From Candidatus Altiarchaeota archaeon (lineage in GTDB: Archaea > SpSt-1190), in assembly GCA_018220955.1 (NCBI GenBank), contig JAAOXV010000034.1, positions 1-29,334 of the forward strand: a DNA stretch of 29,334 nt. The letters are read 5' to 3'. Position 1 is the first letter of the stretch. The number at the start of each line of letters is the position of its first letter. This document shows positions 1-7,753 of this stretch, piece after piece. Under the pieces are notes generated by a model. The model saw only the letters and a program-made list of their open reading frames with translations, was not told the origin of the DNA and searched no databases. A program made the position numbers and the translations under genes.

Positions 1-80
1 AGTCTCGAGAGAAAACCGCAATTTCAACGCTTCTCTCACCCTTTTACTCCTCGCGAGTTTGGGCATTATAAGGATTTGGT

Positions 81-506
81 TTAACTAAAACTTGCCAGTA
101 TTCCTGAGCCAATAATTACAAGAGCTAATCCAAATAATTTTGCAAGTGTAAATGATTCCCCGAGCAGGAACCCGACAGAGGCGGCTATTGCAACACTGCC
201 ACCAATGATGATTGGCCCGCCCACGGATATCTCTAAACCAGAACCATATGCCTTTAGCGCAAAAAAATCGATGCCGAGTGCGCAGACACCAGCAAGCACG
301 GCGAATATGATTCCCTTTGAGCTGGAGTATAGTTGGGTTGATTTGAGCTTTGGCAATAATAAGGCTATACCAAGCAGTGCGGCAGTCGTGGAAACTATGA
401 CAGCTCCGAACAAGGTGTTGACAAAATCAGATGCACGCTCTTGAAACACAGTCCAGAAACCAAAAGATACTGCTGCAACTATGGCAAAAATGGTTCCTGG
501 ATGCAT
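81..506 (-). CDS. Small integral membrane protein, EamA/DMT-like single domain (about 4 TM helices)
   Basis: 141-aa ORF that is almost entirely hydrophobic. The Gly/Ala-rich TM helices and the C-terminal ...LALVIIGSGIL resemble a single EamA domain. Inferred from composition only. Confidence 0.45.
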   Translation of the reverse strand: MHPGTIFAIVAAVSFGFWTVFQERASDFVNTLFGAVIVSTTAALLGIALLLPKLKSTQLYSSSKGIIFAVLAGVCALGIDFFALKAYGSGLEISVGGPIIIGGSVAIAASVGFLLGESFTLAKLFGLALVIIGSGILASFS

Positions 507-594
507 ATATCGCTAGTATATAGATGACTATATAGTTTTCACTTTGGAAACTCAAAACTTATAAAAACCCCATTGAATCTGAAACTTAGGTGAA

Positions 595-1320
595 TTGAAA
601 ATGCAGATGATAGCTCCGGAAGGAATGGGGTATGACCGTGTTGTCACAGTGTTTAGCCCGGATGGTCGGCTTTTCCAAGTGCAGTATGCAATGGAAGCTG
701 TTAAGAGAGGTGCAACTGTGATAGGCATAACCGCCAAGGACGGGATTGTGCTAGTAGCAGACAAGAAAGTCCTTCATCCATTGGTTCATTTTAGGTCAAT
801 AGAAAAGATTTCAAAAGTAGACCATTCTGTAGGTGCGGCAACCATTGGCTTGGTAGCTGATGGGAAGAAACTTATAGATGAAGCCAGGCTTGAAGCACAA
901 CGACACAGGTTAATTTATGATGAGCCAATTAAGGTGCATCAGCTGGTAAAGGATGTATCGAGCTATATGCAGCTCTTCACCCAATATGGCGGGCTAAGAC
1001 CATTTGGAGTTACTATACTCATTGGTGGGTATGACAACAAACCAAAACTTTTTGAGGTTGATCCAAGCGGGACTCCAACAGAATGGAAAGCTACCGCAAT
1101 CGGCGAGGGCCGAACACCAGCAATCAAGATTCTTGAATCAGGATACAAGGAGAGCCTCCTAACAGATGATGCACTTAGGCTAGGGATAAAGGCATTGAAA
1201 GAGATACTAAAAGACAAGTTCCAGATAACACGAATCGCGGCTGCTGTTGTGACTGAAAAGGGTTTCAAACACCTTAGTCAGGATGAGATGGAAGGGATAA
1301 TTCATGGCAGTAAAAATTGA
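595..1320 (+). CDS. psmA: Proteasome alpha subunit
   Basis: The N-terminus GYDRVVTVFSPDGRLFQVQYAMEAVKRGATVIGI is the canonical 20S alpha-subunit signature. Length 241 aa. The ORF-track start is TTG at 595; ATG at 601 (MQMIAPEG...) is the more likely true start. It is the first gene of the exosome superoperon. Confidence 0.9.
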   Translation: MKMQMIAPEGMGYDRVVTVFSPDGRLFQVQYAMEAVKRGATVIGITAKDGIVLVADKKVLHPLVHFRSIEKISKVDHSVGAATIGLVADGKKLIDEARLEAQRHRLIYDEPIKVHQLVKDVSSYMQLFTQYGGLRPFGVTILIGGYDNKPKLFEVDPSGTPTEWKATAIGEGRTPAIKILESGYKESLLTDDALRLGIKALKEILKDKFQITRIAAAVVTEKGFKHLSQDEMEGIIHGSKN

Positions 1321-1999
1321 AGATGCGATTGTGATAAGACTCAGCAAAACAGGTGAGCGGTTCGAGATTTTGGTCGATCCAGATGCAGTGATGAAGCTGA
1401 GACAGGGTGGTGAGATTGATTTTCGAGAAGCACTAGCGGTTCAGGAGATTTTCAAAGATGCAAGAAAAGCAGACCGTGCAAGCGAGTCTGCTATCGAACA
1501 GGTATTTGGGACAGATGATATCATACAGGCAGCGGCTGTGATAATGAAAAAAGGTGATTTTCACCCGACAGCCGAGCAGAAGCGCCAGATGACAAAAAAA
1601 GTGAGAAACCAGATAATCGACAGAATTGCAAGAAACGCAATCGACCCTAGAACCAATATACCACACACGCGCGACAGAATAAGCTGGGCGCTTGATGAAG
1701 CAAAAATCAAGATAGATATGAGCTCGGCAGCTCAGCAAATGAATGACGTAGTTAAGGCACTTCAGCCGATACTACCTCTTAAGTTCGGCATGACCAAGCT
1801 GGACATCACAATACCAAACAGGTATGCCCCATCTTTGTATGGGAAAATCAAAGGCCAAGCCAAAATATTGCGCGAGCAATGGATGGCAAACGGTCTCATA
1901 CTCAGGTTAGAAATCCCGAGTGGAACAAAAACGGATTTCTATGATTTCCTGAATAATGCAACAAAAGGAGAAGTAATAATAAAGGAGGAGATACAATGA
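1304..1999 (+). CDS. sdo1: Ribosome maturation protein SBDS/Sdo1 homolog
   Basis: 231 aa. It matches the archaeal SBDS pattern (IVIRLSKTGERFEILVDPDAV..., FGTDD, IDP.T..P). It sits in the canonical position between psmA and rrp4 and overlaps psmA by 17 nt. Confidence 0.8.
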   Translation: MAVKIEDAIVIRLSKTGERFEILVDPDAVMKLRQGGEIDFREALAVQEIFKDARKADRASESAIEQVFGTDDIIQAAAVIMKKGDFHPTAEQKRQMTKKVRNQIIDRIARNAIDPRTNIPHTRDRISWALDEAKIKIDMSSAAQQMNDVVKALQPILPLKFGMTKLDITIPNRYAPSLYGKIKGQAKILREQWMANGLILRLEIPSGTKTDFYDFLNNATKGEVIIKEEIQ

Positions 2000-2703
2000 C
2001 AGAATTAGCTGGAAACAGAAGTTTAGTCACGCCCGGAGAGATTTTATCAAAGGGCATGGAATCTCTCCCTGGATTTGGGACTTTTAGAGACGGCGATTTT
2101 ATTCGTGCCAGTTTTCTAGGACTCTCAGATATCAAAGGGAGACTTGTGAATGTTATTCCATTATCTGGAAAATACATTCCAAAAAAGGACGACCCGATTA
2201 TCGGGATTGTAAAAGATGTTAGGTTTTCGAACTGGGAAATCGAAATCAATAGCCCATACACGGCTGTGATGATGATTTCAGAAGCATCTAACGGTTATAT
2301 CGATACAAATCGAGAACCATTAAGTAAGTATTTTGATGTCGGTGACACAGTGCTTTGCAAGATTAAGAACGTGGAAGAAAATATGAATATCCATGTGACA
2401 GTACGAGCACCAGGAATGCGAAAATTGAATGACGGAAAAGTGATTGAAGTCAAGTCAAGCAAGATTCCTAGGATAATTGGCAAAAGCGCGTCGATGGTCA
2501 AGATGATCAAAGAATATACTGGCAGCAATGTGTTTGTTGGCCAGAACGGACGAGTCTGGGTATCAGGCGGTAATGAAGCACTTGCAATCAAGGTGATAAA
2601 GACCATTGAACAACAAGCACATACGTCTGGACTTACAGACAAAATAAAAACTATATTGGAGGCGGAAGGAGATGGCAGAAGAAAGACCGAAATATCTGAT
2701 TAA
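1996..2703 (+). CDS. rrp4: Exosome complex RNA-binding subunit Rrp4 (S1 + KH domains)
   Basis: 235 aa with LVTPGEIL..., the S1-like core (VIPLSGKYIPKKDDPIIGIV) and a C-terminal KH-like region. It overlaps sdo1 by 4 nt (ATGA) and sits in the conserved superoperon position. Confidence 0.85.
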   Translation: MTELAGNRSLVTPGEILSKGMESLPGFGTFRDGDFIRASFLGLSDIKGRLVNVIPLSGKYIPKKDDPIIGIVKDVRFSNWEIEINSPYTAVMMISEASNGYIDTNREPLSKYFDVGDTVLCKIKNVEENMNIHVTVRAPGMRKLNDGKVIEVKSSKIPRIIGKSASMVKMIKEYTGSNVFVGQNGRVWVSGGNEALAIKVIKTIEQQAHTSGLTDKIKTILEAEGDGRRKTEISD

Positions 2704-3412
2704 AGCAGGCAAGCGACTTGATGGCAGAAAGCCAGGAGATGCAAGACCAATGAAGATTGAGACTGGTGTGATAGAGAACGCCGAAGGATCTGCAATGGTT
2801 GAGTTTGGAAAAACCAAGGTGGTTGCGGCTGTATATGGCCCTAGGGACATACATCCAAAGCATATGATGCGTTCAAACAGAACGCTTGTCAGAGCTAGGT
2901 ATGATATGCTGCCTTTCTCTGTTGAGGACAGGAAAAGACCTGGACCTGGCAGAAGGGAGCGTGAAATCAGTAAGGTTCTTAGTGAGACACTTAACACAGC
3001 AGTGTTTGTGGAAAAATTTCCGAGAACCGCGATAGATGTGTTTATCTCAGTTATCCAGGCGGATGCAAGCACTAGGGTGGCTGGGTTGAATGCTGCCTCA
3101 GTTGCAATGGCTGATGCCGGATTGCCGATGAGGGACTTGGTGGTCTCAACCAGCTTTGGAAAAATACATGATGAAAAAGGAAAAGGGCATATGGTGGTGG
3201 ATGTGTTCAAACCAGAAGATAACTGGGGAATGGCAGATATCGCATATGCAAAATTACCTAACCTTGACAAATATGTATTGCTCCAGATGGACGGTAATGT
3301 CACAAAGGACGAGTTTTTCAAAGGACTCGAGATGGCTGACAAGTCGCTCGATGATATATACAAAGCTCAGGTGGCAGCACTAAAGAAAAAATACATGGAG
3401 GGATCAAAATGA
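2672..3412 (+). CDS. rrp41: Exosome complex exonuclease Rrp41 (RNase PH domain, catalytic subunit)
   Basis: RLDGRKPGDARPMKIETGVIENAEGSAMVEFGKTKVVAAVYGPRD is the classical Rrp41 N-terminus. Length 246 aa. Confidence 0.9.
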   Translation: MAEERPKYLIKAGKRLDGRKPGDARPMKIETGVIENAEGSAMVEFGKTKVVAAVYGPRDIHPKHMMRSNRTLVRARYDMLPFSVEDRKRPGPGRREREISKVLSETLNTAVFVEKFPRTAIDVFISVIQADASTRVAGLNAASVAMADAGLPMRDLVVSTSFGKIHDEKGKGHMVVDVFKPEDNWGMADIAYAKLPNLDKYVLLQMDGNVTKDEFFKGLEMADKSLDDIYKAQVAALKKKYMEGSK

Positions 3413-4182
3413 TAGGCGATCTTACAAAAAAGAACATAATTGACTCTGTAAAGACAGGCGTCAGAATAGATGGTCGAAAAATAGATGAGTTTAGACCCAT
3501 CAAGATTGAGACCGGAGTTGTCACAAAGGCAGAAGGCTCGGCCATGGTTGAGCTTGGAAAGTCAAAAGTGATTGTAGGTATCAAGATGGGTATCGGCGAG
3601 CCGTTCTCAGATAGACCAGACCAAGGTGTGCTTATGACCAACGCAGAGTTGACAGCCATGAGCGCTAATGAGTTTGAGCCAGGACCTCCGAGTCCGGATG
3701 CAATTGAGCTAGCTAGAGTGATTGACCGTGCGATTAGAGAATCAAAGGTGATTGACCTTGAGAAGCTGTGTGTCAAAAAAGGAGAGCAGGTTTGGATGAT
3801 ATTTGTCGATATATACACTATCAACGCAGATGGGAATATATTTGACGCAGGTGTGCTTGGTGCATTTGCGGCATTAGCAACCGCTAAAATACCAGTTCTT
3901 AAGGACGGAGTTGTTGATAGAGAAGCTGCAGCTAAGAAGAGTTTGCCGTTAGACGGTAAAGTAGTTTCAACTACATTTGCCAAGCTAGGCGATAAAATCG
4001 TAGTTGACCCTATTCGAAAAGAAGAGCTCTCGATGGAAGCAAGACTCACAATCGGTGTGAAAGACGGAAACATAGTTTCGCTACAAAAAGGTGGCGAAGG
4101 CGGGTTCAATAAAAAAGAACTCGAGGAAATGTTCGAAAGGTCTTTAAAGCACTCGAAAGCACTTCTGAAAACACTGGGGTGA
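3409..4182 (+). CDS. rrp42: Exosome complex subunit Rrp42 (RNase PH-like, non-catalytic)
   Basis: IDGRKIDEFRPIKIETGVVTKAEGSAMVELGKSKVIVGIK matches Rrp42. 257 aa. It overlaps the rrp41 stop by 4 nt. Confidence 0.85.
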   Translation: MIGDLTKKNIIDSVKTGVRIDGRKIDEFRPIKIETGVVTKAEGSAMVELGKSKVIVGIKMGIGEPFSDRPDQGVLMTNAELTAMSANEFEPGPPSPDAIELARVIDRAIRESKVIDLEKLCVKKGEQVWMIFVDIYTINADGNIFDAGVLGAFAALATAKIPVLKDGVVDREAAAKKSLPLDGKVVSTTFAKLGDKIVVDPIRKEELSMEARLTIGVKDGNIVSLQKGGEGGFNKKELEEMFERSLKHSKALLKTLG

Positions 4183-4186
4183 CAAG

Positions 4187-4783
4187 ATGAACGCAAGGCA
4201 GATACTGGTCAAGAACGGCGCGCATATCGGCACGCCCAGTAAAGTCGAAGCTATGAAGAGATTTATCTTCAAGATTCGGCCGGACGGGCTGGCGATTATT
4301 AATGTACAATCAGTGGATGAAAGGCTTAGGACAGCGGCAAAGATGCTAGCTCAATATGAGCCAGAAGATATTCTGATTGTTGCAAACCGGGAGCAGGCAC
4401 ATAAGCCTGTTGAGCAGTTCTGCAAGCATACTGGATTCCAGGGGATTACAGGTCGTTTCTTTCCAGGAACTATGACCAATCCCAACCTGGATTATTTTAT
4501 TGAGCCAAAATTGTTGATGGTAATCGACCCTTGGGTTGACAAGCAGTCAGTGACTGAGGCAACCAAGCAGAGAATACCAGTAATCTCGCTTGTAAGCACT
4601 AACAACACATTTTCAGATATTGACCTGGTTGTACCTTGTAATAACAAGGGTCGAAAGTCACTTGCGGCAATATTCTATGTGCTGACTCATTATGTGTTGT
4701 ATGAGAAAAAAGGGTTGACTGAGGGACAAGAGCTAGAAGCGAAGTTTGAGACATTCTTTGACGACTCCAGAGATTCACAATGA
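4187..4783 (+). CDS. rps2: 30S ribosomal protein uS2 (S2)
   Basis: GAHIGT near the N-terminus, ITGRFFPGTMTNP and IPVISLVSTNNTFSDIDLVVPCNNKGRKSLAAIFYVL match archaeal S2 along its full length. 198 aa. Confidence 0.85.
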   Translation: MNARQILVKNGAHIGTPSKVEAMKRFIFKIRPDGLAIINVQSVDERLRTAAKMLAQYEPEDILIVANREQAHKPVEQFCKHTGFQGITGRFFPGTMTNPNLDYFIEPKLLMVIDPWVDKQSVTEATKQRIPVISLVSTNNTFSDIDLVVPCNNKGRKSLAAIFYVLTHYVLYEKKGLTEGQELEAKFETFFDDSRDSQ

Positions 4784-5544
4784 TTCGAAATCCAGCAGCA
4801 ATTGGTTTTTATCCAGCTGAGCAAGCGCAGCTAGAGCTCTTGCTTTCTGAGCTGTTTTTACAAGCCAAGAAGTCAGGACCGTTCATTCACGGAATCTCTC
4901 CGCATGCTGGCCTGATTTATTCTGGTCTTGCGGCAGCCGGACTTTACAAGTCACTCAAAAAAACAGATCGCCTTGTGATATTGGGTACAGACCATCATGG
5001 AATTGGGGATGATATTGTAGTGCATCCTTATTCTGCCTGGAAAACCCCGTTTGGACAAGTTAAGGTAGACACTGAGCTGGCGGCCGAGCTAGATACCCTG
5101 GGTCCGCAGATTTATCCTTGCCCGAGTGAACACTCAATTGAAGTTCAGCTACCTTTTTTGCAGCACATACTTGGTGACTTTAGTTTTCTACCAATCACTG
5201 TACCGTCTGTCCCTTTTCCTCGTCTGCAGGAGCTTGGTGCAAAGCTGGCCGAGCTCGATGTGCCGATTATTGCCAGCTCAGATATGAGTCATTATGTTCC
5301 TGAAGCTCGGGCTGAAAAGCTGGACAAGCTGGCGATTGAACAGATACTAGCTATCCAACCAGAACAGCTGATTGACACTGTGCTTGAGAACAACATCAGT
5401 ATGTGTGGCCTTTTCCCTGTTGCAGCTCTGTTGGCATCTTTACCAAGCTCAACCAGCTCAGAACTTATCGAGTATTATAGCTCAGCCGAGATGACCGGCG
5501 ACAGCTCAAGCGTGGTTGGCTATGCCTCTATTGGATTCAAATAA
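4780..5544 (+). CDS. MEMO1-family protein (AmmeMemoRadiSam system protein B-like, UPF0103)
   Basis: Motifs GFYP, SPHAGLIYSG, ILGTDHHG, EHSIEVQLPFLQ, SSDMSHY and MCG are characteristic of MEMO1. 254 aa. It overlaps the rps2 stop by 4 nt. Confidence 0.75.
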   Translation: MIRNPAAIGFYPAEQAQLELLLSELFLQAKKSGPFIHGISPHAGLIYSGLAAAGLYKSLKKTDRLVILGTDHHGIGDDIVVHPYSAWKTPFGQVKVDTELAAELDTLGPQIYPCPSEHSIEVQLPFLQHILGDFSFLPITVPSVPFPRLQELGAKLAELDVPIIASSDMSHYVPEARAEKLDKLAIEQILAIQPEQLIDTVLENNISMCGLFPVAALLASLPSSTSSELIEYYSSAEMTGDSSSVVGYASIGFK

Positions 5545-5555
5545 TTTTAGTCGAA

Positions 5556-5660
5556 CCCACTGCAGTTGGTAAACCCCGCCCAATTTTTTGTTCAAGGTTT
5601 TCTGCGGAAAAAGAAGGGGCTCCGCCCCTTTCTTCACCCACCGCAGTGGGTAAACCCCGA
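5556..5660. repeat. Composite structured repeat between the MEMO1 gene and tRNA-Arg. Element a (cccacYgcagtKggtaaaccccg) occurs at 5556-5578 and 5637-5659. Element b (ttttttgttcaaggttttctgcggaaaa) occurs at 5584-5612. A GC hairpin (gaaggggc/gcccctttc) is nested inside the ctgcgg...ccgcag inverted repeat.
   Basis: Direct comparison within the window. Element b is duplicated at 6114-6144 and element a partially at 6145-6159. The ctgcgg/ccgcag arms are reverse complements. Confidence 0.6.
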
Positions 5661-5699
5661 ATAAAAAAGGGAAGTCCTAGAAACCGTAGGTTTCTAGTG

Positions 5700-5774
5700 C
5701 GAGCCGAGGGGGATTTGAACCCCCGACCTGCGGGTCCGAAGCCCGCCGCACTATCCAAACTATGCTACCGGCCC
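5700..5774 (-). tRNA. tRNA-Arg (anticodon TCG), 75 nt, no encoded CCA
   Basis: Hand-folded cloverleaf. The acceptor GGGCCGG/UCGGCUC has two G.U pairs (2:71 and 7:66). The D stem is GCAU/GUGC. The anticodon stem GCGGG/CCCGC carries the loop CUUCGGA (UCG). The T arm is GGGGG-UUCAAAU-CCCCC and the discriminator is G. Confidence 0.8.
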
Positions 5775-5855
5775 TCTGGCCTGCACAAGTACCGGCCCTC
5801 TAGCCGACACAGGTACCTGCCTATAATTCAGCACAATAAGCGATTAAAGAAATTG

Positions 5856-6062
5856 CTATTTCTTGAACTGTTTTTTCCAAAACACGGTGTCTGGTAGCAA
5901 GAGTCCGATAAAGCCACCTATCTCTAGCACAACAGCCAGCGCCATTGTGCAGCTGTCACCATATGAGCTAAACCAGAGTCCGAGTCCGTTTGCTATCATG
6001 ATTGCTCCAAACACTCGCGACAAAAAGTCAGCTATCGGTTGTCTCCATTTTAACAGGGCCAC
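5856..6062 (-). CDS. Hypothetical small membrane protein (68 aa, 2 predicted TM helices)
   Basis: The ORF lies between the two tRNA genes and has hydrophobic segments (FGAIMIANGLGLWF, LAVVLEIGGFIGLLL). It has no recognisable family and could be spurious. Confidence 0.2.
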   Translation of the reverse strand: MALLKWRQPIADFLSRVFGAIMIANGLGLWFSSYGDSCTMALAVVLEIGGFIGLLLPDTVFWKKQFKK

Positions 6063-6113
6063 AACAATCAGTGTGCTTCAGCTAAATATGTGTGTCGGGA
6101 GTTTGTCAAAAAC

Positions 6114-6159
6114 AAATTTTTGTTCAAGGTTTTTCTGCGGAAAATCCACCGCAGTGGAC
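6114..6159. repeat. Second copy of the structured repeat: element b (6114-6144) directly joined to a partial element a (tccaccgcagtggac, 6145-6159). It forms a simple ctgcgg-aaaatcca-ccgcag hairpin.
   Basis: Near-identical to 5582-5612 plus 5638-5650, with the internal GC hairpin absent. Confidence 0.6.
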
Positions 6160-6226
6160 AAGAGCTTGCATTATCTTTTAATCAAACACCCCTTCGGAGG
6201 TAAACTTTTGCTTGCGGGGAAAATTT

Positions 6227-6311
6227 TGTCGGGAATGGGATTCGAACCCATGTACTCACTAGAGACAGGATCTTAAGTCCTGCGCGTTTGACCAGTCTCC
6301 GCCACCCCGAC
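6227..6311 (-). tRNA. tRNA-Leu (anticodon TAA), type II with long variable arm, 85 nt, no encoded CCA
   Basis: Acceptor GUCGGGG/UCCCGAC. Anticodon stem CAGGA/UCCUG with loop CUUAAGA (UAA). Variable arm CUC-UAGU-GAG. T arm AUGGG-UUCGAAU-CCCAU. Discriminator A. A TATA-like atatattaaaat lies about 25 nt upstream on the - strand (plus 6327-6340). Confidence 0.8.
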
Positions 6312-6345
6312 TTATGGCTCTGGCTCTATGGATTTTAATATATGA

Positions 6346-6867
6346 CTAAACAAGAAATTCTCTTAGCTTTGCTAATGGCGCTGACAAGTTTTCGTGTACT
6401 GAAAAATTGTATATTGGTTCAGAATGAGCTTGTATGTCAATTGCATAACCTCTACCAGTTGAAACCTGATAATGCATTGCATTGTCTTGGTTTTCATTAA
6501 TGGTTTCAAACAGTTCTTTTGCCCTATCAGATACTGTGTTATACCAATCCAGACAATGTTCGACATGTTCATGAGTTGTACCTATCAACACAATTGGGAT
6601 TTTGTTTGTTGTACTGATGATTTCCTGATAAAATTTTTCAGCTTCCTCAACAGTAGATGTGCTGGTACAGTCATAAAACAACAAAGCAGCCTGTAGGATT
6701 TTAGAAACATTTTTTGTGAAGTTTAGTTTCAAGTCTGTGTCGCCAAGACCATAAACAAAGCTTTCAGCTTCCCAACCAACTTGTTTTAGATATGACTTTG
6801 TCTCTGGATGTTTTGTATCCAATTTTGGATATTTGCTAAATAATCCGATTTCCAATTTCATATTCAA
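6346..6867 (-). CDS. Ras/Rab-like pseudo-GTPase: a paralog of the upstream GTPase with a degenerate P-loop
   Basis: 173 aa. The C-terminal two-thirds align with the adjacent 206-aa protein (LLFYDC..IPIVLIGTTHEH vs LVFYDL..PIMLVGIYDN; AMHYQVSTGRG vs AEHFQVSTNKD). The N-terminus (KLEIGLFSKYPK) lacks GxxxxGK[ST]. Its start overlaps the upstream stop by 4 nt. Confidence 0.5.
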   Translation of the reverse strand: MNMKLEIGLFSKYPKLDTKHPETKSYLKQVGWEAESFVYGLGDTDLKLNFTKNVSKILQAALLFYDCTSTSTVEEAEKFYQEIISTTNKIPIVLIGTTHEHVEHCLDWYNTVSDRAKELFETINENQDNAMHYQVSTGRGYAIDIQAHSEPIYNFSVHENLSAPLAKLREFLV

Positions 6868-7484
6868 ACCTCTGCAGAAATTTTGTCAAAATAAGCTGCT
6901 TCAGCACAAGCTCGGATTGGAGCATCATATGGTAAATCAGAATGAACTATCTCGCTCGGTCCGCTAAGATGTAATATTTTTTGTTGATCTTTGTTTGTTG
7001 AAACTTGGAAATGTTCTGCATATTCTCTATTTTCCTGGATTTGTTCAAACAGATTGTCGGCCAGTTCAATAACCTGTTCATTTTTCCCATTATCATAAAT
7101 ACCTACCAGCATAATCGGTTTGCGCGGGTCAATTCCGAGCTTTGTATCAATAAAATCAACATAGTCTTTAGCTATATCAATGCTTGTGACATCCATTAAA
7201 TCATAGAAAACCAAGTTAGTACTTGAACCCATGACAAATTTTGAAGATAAACACTGAAACCGTTTCTTTCCTGAAAAATCCCATATTTGAGCTAAAATTG
7301 TGGTTTTCTCTGGGTCTGGAGTTGCGATATCAAAATAATGAACATAATGTTCAACACCAATTGGTTTTTTCTCTTGGTCTATGCCAAGCGCAGTCTGAAG
7401 ATATTTGGATTTACCTATTTCAGATTTGCCTACTGAGAAAATTTTAAATAAATAATCATATCGCTTTTTCTCCGAAGAGTTCAT
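6864..7484 (-). CDS. Small Ras-superfamily (Rab/Rup-like) GTPase, divergent
   Basis: 206 aa. YDYLFKIFSVGKSEIGKS is a Rab-like N-terminus carrying a G1 P-loop (GxxxxGKS). IWDFSGKKRF corresponds to the Rab switch II motif WDTAGQERF (DxxG retained). The position of the guanine-specificity motif NKxD reads LVGIYDN, so G4 is degenerate. Confidence 0.6.
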   Translation of the reverse strand: MNSSEKKRYDYLFKIFSVGKSEIGKSKYLQTALGIDQEKKPIGVEHYVHYFDIATPDPEKTTILAQIWDFSGKKRFQCLSSKFVMGSSTNLVFYDLMDVTSIDIAKDYVDFIDTKLGIDPRKPIMLVGIYDNGKNEQVIELADNLFEQIQENREYAEHFQVSTNKDQQKILHLSGPSEIVHSDLPYDAPIRACAEAAYFDKISAEV

Positions 7485-7501
7485 ATAATACTATAAAGTA
7501 A

Positions 7502-7753
7502 CTACTTTTTAAGTTCTTGTTTTTCTTGTTCTTTGAGCAACATCTTACAAGCAATCATATGTGAGCACTCTTTACCTTTTAGAACATAGTATTCGCAATC
7601 GCAAATCCAGGTCTGGCCTGGCACACGGAAGATGACGTGCCGATCTTTGTTAGACTTGACTGTAAAATAGATAGAAGAACCAATAAGGCCTTTTGAAACA
7701 ACCTTTCCAGACTTCATGAGTTTTTGCGCTTTCCTAAACTTATCAGGCCTCAT
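7502..7753 (-). CDS. Small SWIM-type zinc-finger protein (CxC-x9-CxH)
   Basis: 83 aa, basic. WICDCEYYVLKGKECSHMIAC fits the SWIM CxCxnCxH pattern. Its start overlaps the tfb stop by 4 nt, and only 17 nt separate it from the GTPase gene. Confidence 0.4.
   Translation of the reverse strand: MRPDKFRKAQKLMKSGKVVSKGLIGSSIYFTVKSNKDRHVIFRVPGQTWICDCEYYVLKGKECSHMIACKMLLKEQEKQELKK

Noticed and set aside
2563-4196. Long - strand ORFs (266 aa and 292 aa) antisense to rrp4, rrp41 and rrp42
   Set aside because: They overlap strongly supported + strand genes with clear family signatures. The antisense translations are Ser/Ile-rich with no motifs. They are shadow ORFs.
5700-5830. Possible intron-containing or split tRNA, suspected because the acceptor 5' strand seemed not to pair with the 3' strand and a 5'-end duplicate lies upstream
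   Set aside because: The cloverleaf closes cleanly at 75 nt once G2.U71 and G7.U66 wobble pairs are allowed. No bulge-helix-bulge motif or extra sequence is needed.
5863-6276. 137-aa + strand ORF spanning the tRNA-Leu gene and the repeat region
   Set aside because: It has a low-complexity Ser/Pro-rich translation and overlaps a well-folding tRNA on the opposite strand. It is a typical spurious ORF in a low-coding region.
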